Part shown: positions 21,870 through 31,949 of the stretch, in pieces
Layout of the letters: every line of letters starts with the position of its first letter
How positions within the stretch are numbered: the first letter of the stretch is position 1
Virus record (IMG/VR): IMGVR_UViG_3300011116_001007
Direction: 5' to 3' (one strand)
DNA: 64,000 bases
Origin: a virus
Taxonomy: Duplodnaviria; Caudoviricetes
Notes under the pieces: model-generated
The model's database searches: none
The model's input: only the letters and a program-made list of their open reading frames with translations
What the model was told of the DNA's origin: nothing
Program-made: the position numbers and the translations under genes

Positions 21870-23344
21870 ACTATTTGGGAATATCTGCTGGGTTTCACGA
21901 TGCAGCCGTCAGCGTGATCAGTCATGACGGCAACATCTTGTTTGCTGCTCACAGTGAACGATATAGCAAAAACAAGCATGATAAAAATCTCTGTAAAAAT
22001 TTATTGTTGGATGCAATGGATTACACAGACCCTAGCCAGATTGAGTATCACTATTACGAACGTCCCTGGGTCAAGGCCATGCGACAATTACGCAGTGGCG
22101 AAGGTTTTAAATGGCCCACCTGGAATAGATTGCTAGGAAATTCTTACAATTTCTTAGACCAACCTCAAATACACACTCATGCTCATCACTTGTGTCATGC
22201 AGCCGCAGGGTTTCAGACCAGTCCCTTCGAAGATGCCACTGTAGTGGTGATTGATGCCATTGGAGAGTTTGATACTATCACTATCTGGGACGCTTGGTAT
22301 GATTTCTCAACAGGTAAAGCTGAATACAAAAAGTTGTGGAGCATGAAGTATCCAAACAGCATTGGTTTATTCTATTCGGCAATGACCAAAAGAGTTGGGC
22401 TACGACCGCTTGATGAAGAATACATTCTAATGGGCATGGCAGCGTATGGAAAACCCATACATCTAAAGGATATGATAAATCAGTTGGTGGACAGCAAAGA
22501 TATATTCACTTTCAAGCAGAATCTACACATAGGTGTTGATGAAGATTTCTTAAAAGATGCTGACAATTACAACATCGCTAGTACGTCTCAAGAGTTGGTA
22601 GAACACATGATCTCTAGAGTAATGAGCAAAGCTAGAATGATAGGTTCTAGTAAAAATCTAGTATACGGTGGTGGAGTAGCGTTGAATTGTTTAGCAAACA
22701 GATTATTGGGGAACTTTTATGAAAAAATTTGGATCATGCCCAACCCCGGCGACGCCGGCAACAGCCTTGGCGCAGCGTGTCTGGGGTACGGTGCAAAAGT
22801 CAATTGGCGTGACTGTTTCTTGGGTCATAATATTCCTGGTGATTATCCTGTTAATTCCATTCTTGATGTATTACTCACTGACAAAATTGTTGGTGTGGCT
22901 AGTGGCCGAGCGGAGTTTGGGCCCAGGGCACTAGGCAATCGCAGCTTGTTGGCAGACCCAAGAGGCAACAAAATAAAGGATCAGGTGAATGAAATCAAAC
23001 GCAGACAAAAATTCAGACCCTTTGCTCCGGTTATTCTTGAGGAGTATGTTGATCAATATTTTGATATGCCTCGTCATTGGCACAACAGTAGGTATATGCA
23101 AGTGGTCGGTACTTGCAGGAATCCTGAGTTGTTTCCTGCTATTGTTCATCACGACGGCACTAGTCGTATACAAACTGTACCCAACGATGGAAGCGGAATT
23201 CGACAACTATTGGAAAAGTGGCATTTTATGACCGGCTGCCCGATGCTATTAAATACCAGTCTAAACATACGCAATGAGCCCATGGTCAATGACCGTACAG
23301 ATGCTGATAGATTTGAAAAATTATACAAAATAAAAGTGTGCTAA
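21866..23344 (+). CDS. Carbamoyltransferase, NodU/CmcH/TobZ family
   Basis: GISAGFHDAA, ERYSKNKH, HHLCHA, DAIGE, GGVALN, EFGPRALGNRS, LLNTSLN. Confidence 0.92.
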   Translation: MNYLGISAGFHDAAVSVISHDGNILFAAHSERYSKNKHDKNLCKNLLLDAMDYTDPSQIEYHYYERPWVKAMRQLRSGEGFKWPTWNRLLGNSYNFLDQPQIHTHAHHLCHAAAGFQTSPFEDATVVVIDAIGEFDTITIWDAWYDFSTGKAEYKKLWSMKYPNSIGLFYSAMTKRVGLRPLDEEYILMGMAAYGKPIHLKDMINQLVDSKDIFTFKQNLHIGVDEDFLKDADNYNIASTSQELVEHMISRVMSKARMIGSSKNLVYGGGVALNCLANRLLGNFYEKIWIMPNPGDAGNSLGAACLGYGAKVNWRDCFLGHNIPGDYPVNSILDVLLTDKIVGVASGRAEFGPRALGNRSLLADPRGNKIKDQVNEIKRRQKFRPFAPVILEEYVDQYFDMPRHWHNSRYMQVVGTCRNPELFPAIVHHDGTSRIQTVPNDGSGIRQLLEKWHFMTGCPMLLNTSLNIRNEPMVNDRTDADRFEKLYKIKVC

Positions 23345-24022
23345 ATGAATCATAAAAAATTTAAACTCTACGAGAAAAAAGCCTTGAAGACTGTGTACTC
23401 TGAACAAGGCGGCAGTTTTCACAATGTGGTAATTGAAACCCATGCAAAAAGTTTCTTACCAAAATTAAATGTCAACCCAGATTCACTGATTGTGGACATT
23501 GGCTGCGGCCCCGGCGAGTTCATGCAAACGGCTCGGGATCAAGGTTACAACAATCTACTTGGTGTAACCCTCAGCAAAGAAGATATCAAAGTTTGTAATA
23601 AACTAGGATTTAAAACATTGAACTCGGACATGAGTGACCTTGCACTGGATGACAACAGCGTTGATCTCATCTGGTGTAGACATGCAATAGAACACAGCCC
23701 TTATCCGTTGTTTACACTGTACGAATTTCATAGAGTGCTCAAAGATCAGGCCATGGCGTTTATTGAAGTACCTGCACCAGACAATGATCGTGTGTTCATA
23801 CATGAAAACAACCCCAATCACTACAGCATCCTGGGCGAAAGAATGTGGCAAGGATTGTTTTACAAATCAGGATTTGACGTTGTGAGTTTTCATCACTACA
23901 ACATGACCACTGAAGTCATTGTTGTTCCTGAACGGTCTTATTTGTTTGTGATTAAAAAATCAACTGAAAGTCTAGCAGAAAAATTCTTACGAGATTTTGA
24001 ACTCAAAATCTCAGACGATTGA
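23345..24022 (+). CDS. Class I SAM-dependent methyltransferase
   Basis: VDIGCGPG motif I, SVDLIWCRHAIEHSP. Confidence 0.85.
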   Translation: MNHKKFKLYEKKALKTVYSEQGGSFHNVVIETHAKSFLPKLNVNPDSLIVDIGCGPGEFMQTARDQGYNNLLGVTLSKEDIKVCNKLGFKTLNSDMSDLALDDNSVDLIWCRHAIEHSPYPLFTLYEFHRVLKDQAMAFIEVPAPDNDRVFIHENNPNHYSILGERMWQGLFYKSGFDVVSFHHYNMTTEVIVVPERSYLFVIKKSTESLAEKFLRDFELKISDD

Positions 24023-24696
24023 CTTGGATGATTCATAACACCAAAAAGTTTTGGAATGACGAAAAATTGTGTCGTCCCTTTGCTTATTCAAACACAATCA
24101 CTCATAATTACAGTCAAAGCGATCAAGATATCTGGGTGTTGAGCATGCTGGACGGGCTACACGACGGTACCTATCTTGACATAGGAGCTGGCTGGCCCGA
24201 GCACATAAGCAACACAGCATTATTAGAACTACAATTTGGCTGGCGCGGTGTCAGTTTAGATTACCAAGATATGTATCCAGACATGTGGGCAGCAGCCGGA
24301 CGAAAATCATTTGTTAAAGGAGATGGGCGGACTGTAGATTTTGATCAGTTGTTATCAGACATGCCACTAGTGATTGATTATCTTTCCATTGATTGTGATC
24401 CAGGTCGGACCACATTTGAAATTTTGCAACGTATGCCTTGGGACCGATATAAATTTCGTTTGATCACATTTGAACACGAATGCTATGCAGAAGGGCCAGA
24501 AATCAAACATGCAAGTAGAAATTTTTTATGGTCACAAGGGTACCAGTTGGTAGTAAACAACATAAGTGAGAACGGCATTGCAATCGATTATGAAGATTGG
24601 TGGGCACACCCTGATCTAATAGATACCGATCGTCAGAGACTGCATGAATTAGTGGATGAATCAGTCAAAGACTATCGGCATTATCTTTACAAGTAA
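24019..24696 (+). CDS. FkbM-like methyltransferase
   Basis: SQSDQD, YLDIGA, SNT, IDYLSIDCD, ITFEH. Confidence 0.7.
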   Translation: MTWMIHNTKKFWNDEKLCRPFAYSNTITHNYSQSDQDIWVLSMLDGLHDGTYLDIGAGWPEHISNTALLELQFGWRGVSLDYQDMYPDMWAAAGRKSFVKGDGRTVDFDQLLSDMPLVIDYLSIDCDPGRTTFEILQRMPWDRYKFRLITFEHECYAEGPEIKHASRNFLWSQGYQLVVNNISENGIAIDYEDWWAHPDLIDTDRQRLHELVDESVKDYRHYLYK

Positions 24697-25724
24697 GTTT
24701 CTAATCCGCCGCGACGTCGTATATCTTGTGTACAACAACTGATGCCGCCGTCCCAGAAATAGCTATGTCGTAGCTCACTGATAATTGGTTCAATCTGGTG
24801 TTTACGGCAATAGTCAAACACTTCCTTGTTGTATGCACTAAAGATCACATGGTTCTCGTCTAGTACCAAGCAATTGACATCGAACACAGTTTCGGCCACA
24901 AAGCCAGTCCACTTGGTTAGGTAGGTGTTGACAAATTCAGTAAATTCAGCAGTAGGTGTTTGCCCTTGCACATACCATGCGCCTGGCGATTGTTCATATT
25001 TGAATTTGCCCACTTCCATAGCAGCCCAGATACTGCTGTCCCAGATCTTACACACATCCCAGCCAGGAAAGTCTGCAGCCAGATTTAAATTTACATCATG
25101 CTTGCTGCTCAACAACACTCCTGGTTTGAGAATAGCAAACACAGCATCTCCATGGCCGTCAGTGATTGCTTCATGCACTCGATACTCGGTGCCTAACACA
25201 TTGTCTATGATCCAGCGCGATTGTTCTGGTTTGAGAAAATCACTGTTGTCAAAGAACACATCACGACCCACACGCACAATACACGATGCTGATGCTTGAT
25301 TCAATATGCAGTCTGGATCCCAATGACTGCCGTGTGGATTGATCACGCTGCCCGGTTGTGCAGTTTCATACTCTTGGCATAAGCTATCTAATTCTTGCAT
25401 TGGCAGCACACGCAGCAATTGATCGCCCAGAGTGATCTGCCAATCTCTTGGAGTAAGCGGAGGCAGCGGAGCACCACCACCTTCAGTTTGATGCCATACA
25501 AAACTGTCTTTGTTGGGCAGGTCGGGCCGCCGCACACAAGCACCAAATTGTTCTATGGTCTTGGAGAGGTTGGCCAAATCTTCTTCCGTTTCAGCTAAGA
25601 TTTGTTGTAGTTGATTTCGAACTTGTGCATTTTCGATAAAATCAAAATAGTCCGGAGTGTATGCACGGCCAACGATTACTTCTTCAAGTGGTTGCCAGCT
25701 GGTATAAGAATTAATAATGTTCAT
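24687..25724 (-). CDS. Amidinotransferase-superfamily protein (glycine/inosamine-phosphate amidinotransferase-like)
   Basis: N-terminal SWQPLEEVIVG, TPRD, DGHGD, C-terminal GGISCCTQD nucleophile motif. Confidence 0.75.
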   Translation of the reverse strand: MNIINSYTSWQPLEEVIVGRAYTPDYFDFIENAQVRNQLQQILAETEEDLANLSKTIEQFGACVRRPDLPNKDSFVWHQTEGGGAPLPPLTPRDWQITLGDQLLRVLPMQELDSLCQEYETAQPGSVINPHGSHWDPDCILNQASASCIVRVGRDVFFDNSDFLKPEQSRWIIDNVLGTEYRVHEAITDGHGDAVFAILKPGVLLSSKHDVNLNLAADFPGWDVCKIWDSSIWAAMEVGKFKYEQSPGAWYVQGQTPTAEFTEFVNTYLTKWTGFVAETVFDVNCLVLDENHVIFSAYNKEVFDYCRKHQIEPIISELRHSYFWDGGISCCTQDIRRRGGLETYL

Positions 25725-26889
25725 AAAGTTGAGTGAGTAAAGTATTTAATCTATCCGTTTTTTTGCTTAAAAATAACTGTTGATTGTGCTCAATGTCAGC
25801 TCGACATTGCTCAAACATTTGTGGTAAGTAAGGCCTTGCTTGTTGTATTGATGCCAATAATTTTTGCCATCTTGCAGTGGAATTGGTTTCCAAATCGTAT
25901 GAATTGTCTAGCACATGGTCAAATGTTTTGTAACCCAACTCTCGTAAGGTTTGCAAACTGCCTGCACATCCGGCTATGAAAAACATCTGACCATGTTTGA
26001 TTGGTTTAAAAGTTTTTTCAGTTAAAAAAACGCCACCACTTTGATCAGCATCAAAGTGTGTTTCCACTATGATATTACAATAGCTATTGGTATGATAGTT
26101 AGGCTCAGTCTGGCTGTGATCATTGCGTTGTTGATTTGTTAATGCGTCGGCAAAGTAAGGTGCCTGTTCTAAGAATTGTTCAGTGGCTGACCGTAACTCC
26201 ATTAGTAAATCAATCTCGATGGGATTATCGTTGTCAAGACTACCAGTTTCGCAATAACTCCAGAGGCTGTTGTTCAACAGTGATTGCCGATGTAAGTCAG
26301 CCATTATAGTAGCCCGCCAACTTTTATGCAATCTAGTCAACACTGTAAAATCGTATGGTCTTGGATCATGATGTACAGCCAGTGCTGCCACGTTCAAATT
26401 GCGTTGGTAATACCACAGTTCAAAATCAGTAAAATACACAAACCCAGGAAGTTTTGCAGCAGCAGTATTGGCACTGACAAAACGATAACAGTCAGCAGGC
26501 ATAAGGTGATCTTCGGCCAACTGATCTAGTCGGTGTTTTATACGTTCGGGGTTGTCACCTTCGTGATAGCAAAACAAAATTTGTAACCGATCTTCACGAA
26601 GTTTTTTACGAATTTCTGGAGTCAACAGTGAAAAATAATCAATAGCAAAATCAAAAAAACCCAGTGCTATTGGATAGTAAGCATTGTCGGGCAACGGATC
26701 ATTGATGTTATAGATGTTGATCCTGACACCATGATAATCGCAGTATTCCTGCAATCTCAAAGGAATTGTGCAAGGATAATGCGATTCAAATTCTCGCCAT
26801 TCCTGGGTGTACGGTTGTGCCTGCCATGTTGCCAATGCAGGATATATTTTACCGTTAATTGTCTGATCCGCAACTAAGTTCAATTCCAT
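25711..26889 (-). CDS. GT10-like TEK-motif protein (5 of 6)
   Basis: NIIVETH...FLTEKTFKPIKHGQMF...GYKTF...LDNSYD; start MELNLV at 26889 preferred. Confidence 0.5.
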   Translation of the reverse strand: MELNLVADQTINGKIYPALATWQAQPYTQEWREFESHYPCTIPLRLQEYCDYHGVRINIYNINDPLPDNAYYPIALGFFDFAIDYFSLLTPEIRKKLREDRLQILFCYHEGDNPERIKHRLDQLAEDHLMPADCYRFVSANTAAAKLPGFVYFTDFELWYYQRNLNVAALAVHHDPRPYDFTVLTRLHKSWRATIMADLHRQSLLNNSLWSYCETGSLDNDNPIEIDLLMELRSATEQFLEQAPYFADALTNQQRNDHSQTEPNYHTNSYCNIIVETHFDADQSGGVFLTEKTFKPIKHGQMFFIAGCAGSLQTLRELGYKTFDHVLDNSYDLETNSTARWQKLLASIQQARPYLPQMFEQCRADIEHNQQLFLSKKTDRLNTLLTQLYEHY

Positions 26890-27970
26890 CCAACATCTCC
26901 TGTAGCTCTTTCCACAACACAGCTTCAAATCCGCCATTGTAAAAATGATTCCAATTGTGTTCAATGACTTCTTGCGCCATGTCAAATAGATCTTGTTTGC
27001 CCTGTGTTGGCAATTCGTCTAGGCTGCGTAACAAGCTGGCAATGCGAGCAATACGATCTTGGTCGTCGGCTTGATCATAACTTTCGTCCCATATGTGTCC
27101 AAATGTACGGAATCCATAACTACGCAAATATTCGAGACTGCCCCGGGTGCCTACTATAACAAATGGCATGCCTAATGCAATAGGTTTGAATGTTTTTTCA
27201 GTTAGATGCCATCGTCGTCCAGTGGCAACAGTTTCGGTCACTAGATATAACAAACTTTCGGCAGACTCGTCAAACAGACTCAACCAGCAACTGTGCATGG
27301 GATGATCAGACTCGTTGGCAAAATTTATAGGCAATGATTGTGCAGAAAATACTTGTTCAATGTCTGGATACTTAGATTTCAATGGTGCTATTGCATCTAA
27401 AATGTCAATATTCTCTGCCGGACATGTTGCGGGGCAAGAAATATTGTTGTTGGTCATATTGTTTTTGAATATGTGATACAACATTTCTAACCGATGTTGT
27501 CGTTCTCCGGCTATGATACGATTGGGGGATATGAATGTTTTAGTGATCTTTCGTTGTTGAATTGGCTGAATCAAAAAAGTTTTGTTGTATCCGCGATACC
27601 AATCTAATGCAGCCCATCCATGGAAAAAATAGTAATAATTTTTCCATCCGTACCGGGCACACACTGTATCCACTGTATCACTATCACGCTCGCTGGTGCA
27701 GATGGCTCCGGCACTTGTCCACTTGTAATTAATATCGTTTGTATATTCTCTAACACGGTCGAATGTTGCGGTGTGTATGTTCAAATGAATAGGCTCTTGG
27801 TCAAAAAAGAATATATAATTGTGTTCGCGTATGTCGTTTCTGCCGTACGTGATCACACTGTCAGGATCACTTCTTCCAAATGGATCACATGCTAAAATGC
27901 GGGCGCCTGGACGATTATGTTTAATCCAAGGCCAAAAAGTATTATTATAAATCTCGTCTATTCTTATCAT
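26855..27970 (-). CDS. GT10-like TEK-motif protein (6 of 6)
   Basis: YLVTET...HLTEKTFKPIALGMPF...GFRTF..IWDESYD. Confidence 0.5.
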   Translation of the reverse strand: MIRIDEIYNNTFWPWIKHNRPGARILACDPFGRSDPDSVITYGRNDIREHNYIFFFDQEPIHLNIHTATFDRVREYTNDINYKWTSAGAICTSERDSDTVDTVCARYGWKNYYYFFHGWAALDWYRGYNKTFLIQPIQQRKITKTFISPNRIIAGERQHRLEMLYHIFKNNMTNNNISCPATCPAENIDILDAIAPLKSKYPDIEQVFSAQSLPINFANESDHPMHSCWLSLFDESAESLLYLVTETVATGRRWHLTEKTFKPIALGMPFVIVGTRGSLEYLRSYGFRTFGHIWDESYDQADDQDRIARIASLLRSLDELPTQGKQDLFDMAQEVIEHNWNHFYNGGFEAVLWKELQEMLDGIELSCGSDN

Positions 27971-30900
27971 GTTTGATGTATTTTATTCCGGAACCCGGCC
28001 CAATTTGTTTGCACACGAGCAGGCAGTGGAGTCTGTTGAGCAAGCACAGCAGATGAGCCGCACTCGTTTTTTCTGGTTTGTAAATTACTTATCTGACTAT
28101 ACTGGTTTTGATTTTCTTTGGGAACCTGTGCCTTGGCAGGCACATCAACGACATGCCTGGTTTGATCAATATCAGATTGATGCAGGTGTGTACCTTGTGC
28201 CCAAAGATGGATATACAGACACAAACTATCATGTTGATCACGTGATACACAGACTGCCCAACGTTGATTTTTGGCACATACCCAAATGGATTGATCCTGC
28301 TAGTATAAACTATAGATGGGCTCCTAATCCTACAGATCCTCCTTACATATACGAGTTTCCTGTAGAATGGGATTGGGATAGGGCAGGTGGTCCTGAATAT
28401 AGAATTCCGGGAGCAACAGAACGCAAGTACATGGATGTGTTTGTTACTCGTACACAGTCAGATCGACAAGACTGGCAAGTACACGACAATGTAGACTGCA
28501 ACGACCCGGTATTCAACTGGCATCCAAATCCATTTGATCCACCGATGATATATGTTTTTGGCAATCAACACTGGCCTGCAGAAATACGTGCCAGTGTAGA
28601 ATATCATGTGCCTGGTGCCACTGTAAAAAAATACATGGATAACATTCGAACTGTGCGATTGCCCAGCAAGGATCAGTTCACGTGTTTATATCCTTGTAAT
28701 TTTGATTGGTCGTGGGAACCAGACCCGGGCAGCCCGCCCTACATCTATGTGTTTGGCAATCAATGGTGGTCAGCTGAAAAAATGCCCACGGTAGAATATC
28801 ACATGCTTGGTGCAACAGAACGCAAGTATATGACTCAGCCTGCATGTTTATTGCCTGCATACGAAAATTGGGTCATCCCCAGCACAGTGGACTATAACAG
28901 CGTGGATTTTTCTTGGCAACCTGATCCAGGAGACACACCATACATCTATGAGTTTGCCACACAATGGCAACCCAATGGAGGTGCTGTGTATAATGTACCC
29001 GGTGCAACAGAACGCAAGTATGTGGACATACAGCACTGTAGATTGTCTGACACAATAAACTGGACAGTACCTGACTATGTCGACCCTGACAGTGTTGATT
29101 ACTCTTGGCACCCAGACAACACAGAACAACCATACATCTATGAGTTTGCCACACAATGGCAACCCAATGGAGGTGCTGTGTATAATGTACCCGGTGCAAC
29201 AGAACGCAAGTATGTGGACATACAGCACTGTAGATTGCCCAATAAATCTGCTTTTAAATTGCTGGAATACATTGACAAATTTGATTATTCGTGGCATCCG
29301 GACAACACAGAGCCAGCCTACAACTATGTGTTTGGCAATCAGCATTGGCCAGGCACAGACATGCCCACGGTCATGTATGAAATGTCTGGCAGCACTCATA
29401 AAAAATTTGTGGATAGTCCAGTTGCTCGGCTAGGCAGTTGTATGGGCAACTGGAGAATGTTTGAAGACATTGACGACGGTGTCTGGGATTGGACCTGGCA
29501 GCCAAACCCCCAGGATCCGCCTTACATTTATGCGTTTGGTAATCAATGGAATCCACCAGAGTACAAGGTCAGCATACAGTATGAAGTAGAGGGTGCTACT
29601 GAAATCAAGTACATGGATCAACGCACACGCAGACTTCCGCAGCCGCAATTATTTGGACATAATTTAGCAGTAAGTGAGTTTGATTATTCTTGGGAACCAA
29701 ATCCGTTTGATCCACCGATGATGTATGTGTTTGGCAACCAATGGAACTCGGCTGTGCTAGAACCCACAATAGTGTACAATGCTGGCGGCACTGAGATCAA
29801 GTACGTCGATGACATCATAGCCAAAGTAGCACAAGATATGAGTGCATGGGAATCATTGGATGACATTGAAGAATTTGATTACTCTTGGAGACCTGATCCT
29901 ACGGATCCTGCTTATATCTATGTGTTTGGTAATCAATGGCTTACCCCAGAACAACGCCCTGCACTAAGATACTGTGTAGCAAACGCAACAGAAATCAAAT
30001 ACATGGATCATCCGCGAGCAAAACGTCGTGGTGATCACACACGCTTTGTTCAACATTATCCTGTGGCATTTGATTGGTCGTGGGAACCCGAACCTGGTAG
30101 CCCACCTTATAATTATGTGTTTGGTAATCAGTACTACAGTGCAGAAGTCATGCCCACGGTTGAATACCGCATGAGCACAGCCACCGAACGCAAATACATG
30201 GATATCCCTGCACAGTTATTACCCAATCGTAGCGATCATTGGCACATGCTTGTTGACTGTGAATGGGACTATACTTGGAGACCTGAACCAGGAAGTCCAC
30301 CTTACATCTATGTGTTTGGCAATCAATGGTGGTCGTCTGAAAAGATGCCCACTATGGAGTATCACATGCCCGGTGCCACAGAACGCAAGTACATGTCCGC
30401 ACCTTTGGCAAACTTGTTGATTGACATGACCAATTGGCATGTGCCCGAACATGTTGATGTAACTGACATGGATTTTTCTTGGGTCCCAGACCCAGGCGAA
30501 CCTCCTTACATATACCAGTTTGCCACACAACATCAAAAGACTGGTGGACCGCAGTATCGAATGCCCAATGCAATTGAATTCAAGTATGTGGACATGATGC
30601 GAGCCGAAGTTAAAAAAGAAGCCGCACCTGTGTTTGAAATTGATCATTTAGATAACAATGCAGGCCAAATTCCCAACGTGATCAAGAAGATTCGTTATTT
30701 TGACAACTACCGTGATACCCTGATACGCTTGGCCAAAAGTCTGGTAGGTGAATACGAGCATGTGTGGGTATGTTCCAGTATTTGTGATTATACCAACTTT
30801 GACTTTTCGTGGCACCCAGAAATCTGGCAGAGCACCATGCTGCATGTGTTTGCTAGCGATGAACAGAAATTTGGTGACACGTTCTACATGCATGTGCCTA

Positions 30901-31949
30901 GCTTTGCTGAACGCGCCGAGAAGAAACAGTTATTGGAGTGGTACAGTGTAAACTACGTGTCGCGACGTCAGGTGCCACGCAGACGCATGCCTGTTATAGA
31001 ACACAATCATGACAGTCAACTTGAAGCAGTCAAGTCAATTGAATGGGCAGGCCCACTGGCATTGTTCACTACCAACGGTGAACCTATGACTATTCCAGCT
31101 GTGAATTTATGGCGCTCAGAAACCAAAACAGTAACACCACTGAGTCTGGGAGCAGGTGCAGTTGTCGTTCCAAAGTCTGCTGTACCATACATCAAAACAC
31201 AATTGTATGATTATCCATATATTGACAAAACACATCGTAACCATCAACAAGACCCACTGTCAGACGTGATTTTCATCAGTAACGGTGAAACCATGGCTGA
31301 TACAAATTGGAATCAATTACAGTCATTATGCCCAAGAGCCAAACACAGTAATGGTGTCAATGGTAGAGAAGCTGCATACAAAACAGCAGCAATGCTGAGC
31401 AACACTCCTTGGTTTTTTGCTGTGTTTGCCAAGACTGAGGTGTTACCAACATTCAAATTTGATTATCAACCCGATCGTATGCAACAACCCAAACACTATA
31501 TTTTTCACAGCAAAAATCCAGTCAACGGGTTAGAATACGGTGCTATGAATATCAACTTGTACAATCGACAGTTGGTATTAGATACTGCACCAGGCATTGA
31601 TTTTACATTGAGTGAAGCACACGAAGTAGTTCCTATCTGTGCTAGCATATCAAGATTCAATACTGATCCGTGGGTGACCTGGCGTAGTGCATTTAGAGAA
31701 GTTCTGAAACTACAACGAGAAGTTGATCTGGGTGCCGATGTAGAGATACAGTATCGCCTTAACATATGGCTTACAACAGCACAAGGTGAGAATGCCAATT
31801 GGTGTCTGCAAGGTGCTGCTGACGCACAAACTTACTACACCGCAGTCAACGGAGATTATGAAAAACTGTTATTGAGTTTTGATTGGGCTTGGTTGCAAGA
31901 CTATTACTATAGTTTGTACCACCAACGCCCTTGGTTAGAATCTGTCTAA
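27969..31949 (+). CDS. 1326-aa protein: 12 tandem ~64-68-aa Trp/Pro/Tyr-rich repeats plus a degenerate GT-A-like C-terminal domain
   Basis: Repeat consensus D(Y/W/F)SWxP(D/E/N)PxxPPYIYxF(GN/AT)QW...(V/E)Y...GATE(R/I)KY; C-terminus aligns with 6789..7712. Confidence 0.8.
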   Translation: MFDVFYSGTRPNLFAHEQAVESVEQAQQMSRTRFFWFVNYLSDYTGFDFLWEPVPWQAHQRHAWFDQYQIDAGVYLVPKDGYTDTNYHVDHVIHRLPNVDFWHIPKWIDPASINYRWAPNPTDPPYIYEFPVEWDWDRAGGPEYRIPGATERKYMDVFVTRTQSDRQDWQVHDNVDCNDPVFNWHPNPFDPPMIYVFGNQHWPAEIRASVEYHVPGATVKKYMDNIRTVRLPSKDQFTCLYPCNFDWSWEPDPGSPPYIYVFGNQWWSAEKMPTVEYHMLGATERKYMTQPACLLPAYENWVIPSTVDYNSVDFSWQPDPGDTPYIYEFATQWQPNGGAVYNVPGATERKYVDIQHCRLSDTINWTVPDYVDPDSVDYSWHPDNTEQPYIYEFATQWQPNGGAVYNVPGATERKYVDIQHCRLPNKSAFKLLEYIDKFDYSWHPDNTEPAYNYVFGNQHWPGTDMPTVMYEMSGSTHKKFVDSPVARLGSCMGNWRMFEDIDDGVWDWTWQPNPQDPPYIYAFGNQWNPPEYKVSIQYEVEGATEIKYMDQRTRRLPQPQLFGHNLAVSEFDYSWEPNPFDPPMMYVFGNQWNSAVLEPTIVYNAGGTEIKYVDDIIAKVAQDMSAWESLDDIEEFDYSWRPDPTDPAYIYVFGNQWLTPEQRPALRYCVANATEIKYMDHPRAKRRGDHTRFVQHYPVAFDWSWEPEPGSPPYNYVFGNQYYSAEVMPTVEYRMSTATERKYMDIPAQLLPNRSDHWHMLVDCEWDYTWRPEPGSPPYIYVFGNQWWSSEKMPTMEYHMPGATERKYMSAPLANLLIDMTNWHVPEHVDVTDMDFSWVPDPGEPPYIYQFATQHQKTGGPQYRMPNAIEFKYVDMMRAEVKKEAAPVFEIDHLDNNAGQIPNVIKKIRYFDNYRDTLIRLAKSLVGEYEHVWVCSSICDYTNFDFSWHPEIWQSTMLHVFASDEQKFGDTFYMHVPSFAERAEKKQLLEWYSVNYVSRRQVPRRRMPVIEHNHDSQLEAVKSIEWAGPLALFTTNGEPMTIPAVNLWRSETKTVTPLSLGAGAVVVPKSAVPYIKTQLYDYPYIDKTHRNHQQDPLSDVIFISNGETMADTNWNQLQSLCPRAKHSNGVNGREAAYKTAAMLSNTPWFFAVFAKTEVLPTFKFDYQPDRMQQPKHYIFHSKNPVNGLEYGAMNINLYNRQLVLDTAPGIDFTLSEAHEVVPICASISRFNTDPWVTWRSAFREVLKLQREVDLGADVEIQYRLNIWLTTAQGENANWCLQGAADAQTYYTAVNGDYEKLLLSFDWAWLQDYYYSLYHQRPWLESV
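28937..29237 (+). repeat. Exact 109-bp direct repeat (28937-29045 and 29129-29237), period 192 bp
   Basis: Base-by-base identity inside repeat units 4 and 5 of the large ORF. Confidence 0.9.

Noticed and set aside
28937-29237. 109-bp repeat as a diversity-generating retroelement TR/VR pair
   Set aside because: The copies are identical (no adenine-specific mismatches), in frame within one gene, and no reverse transcriptase is in the window
28848-30893. Antisense ORFs showing repeated text within the 1326-aa gene
   Set aside because: They only mirror the DNA repeat of the sense gene
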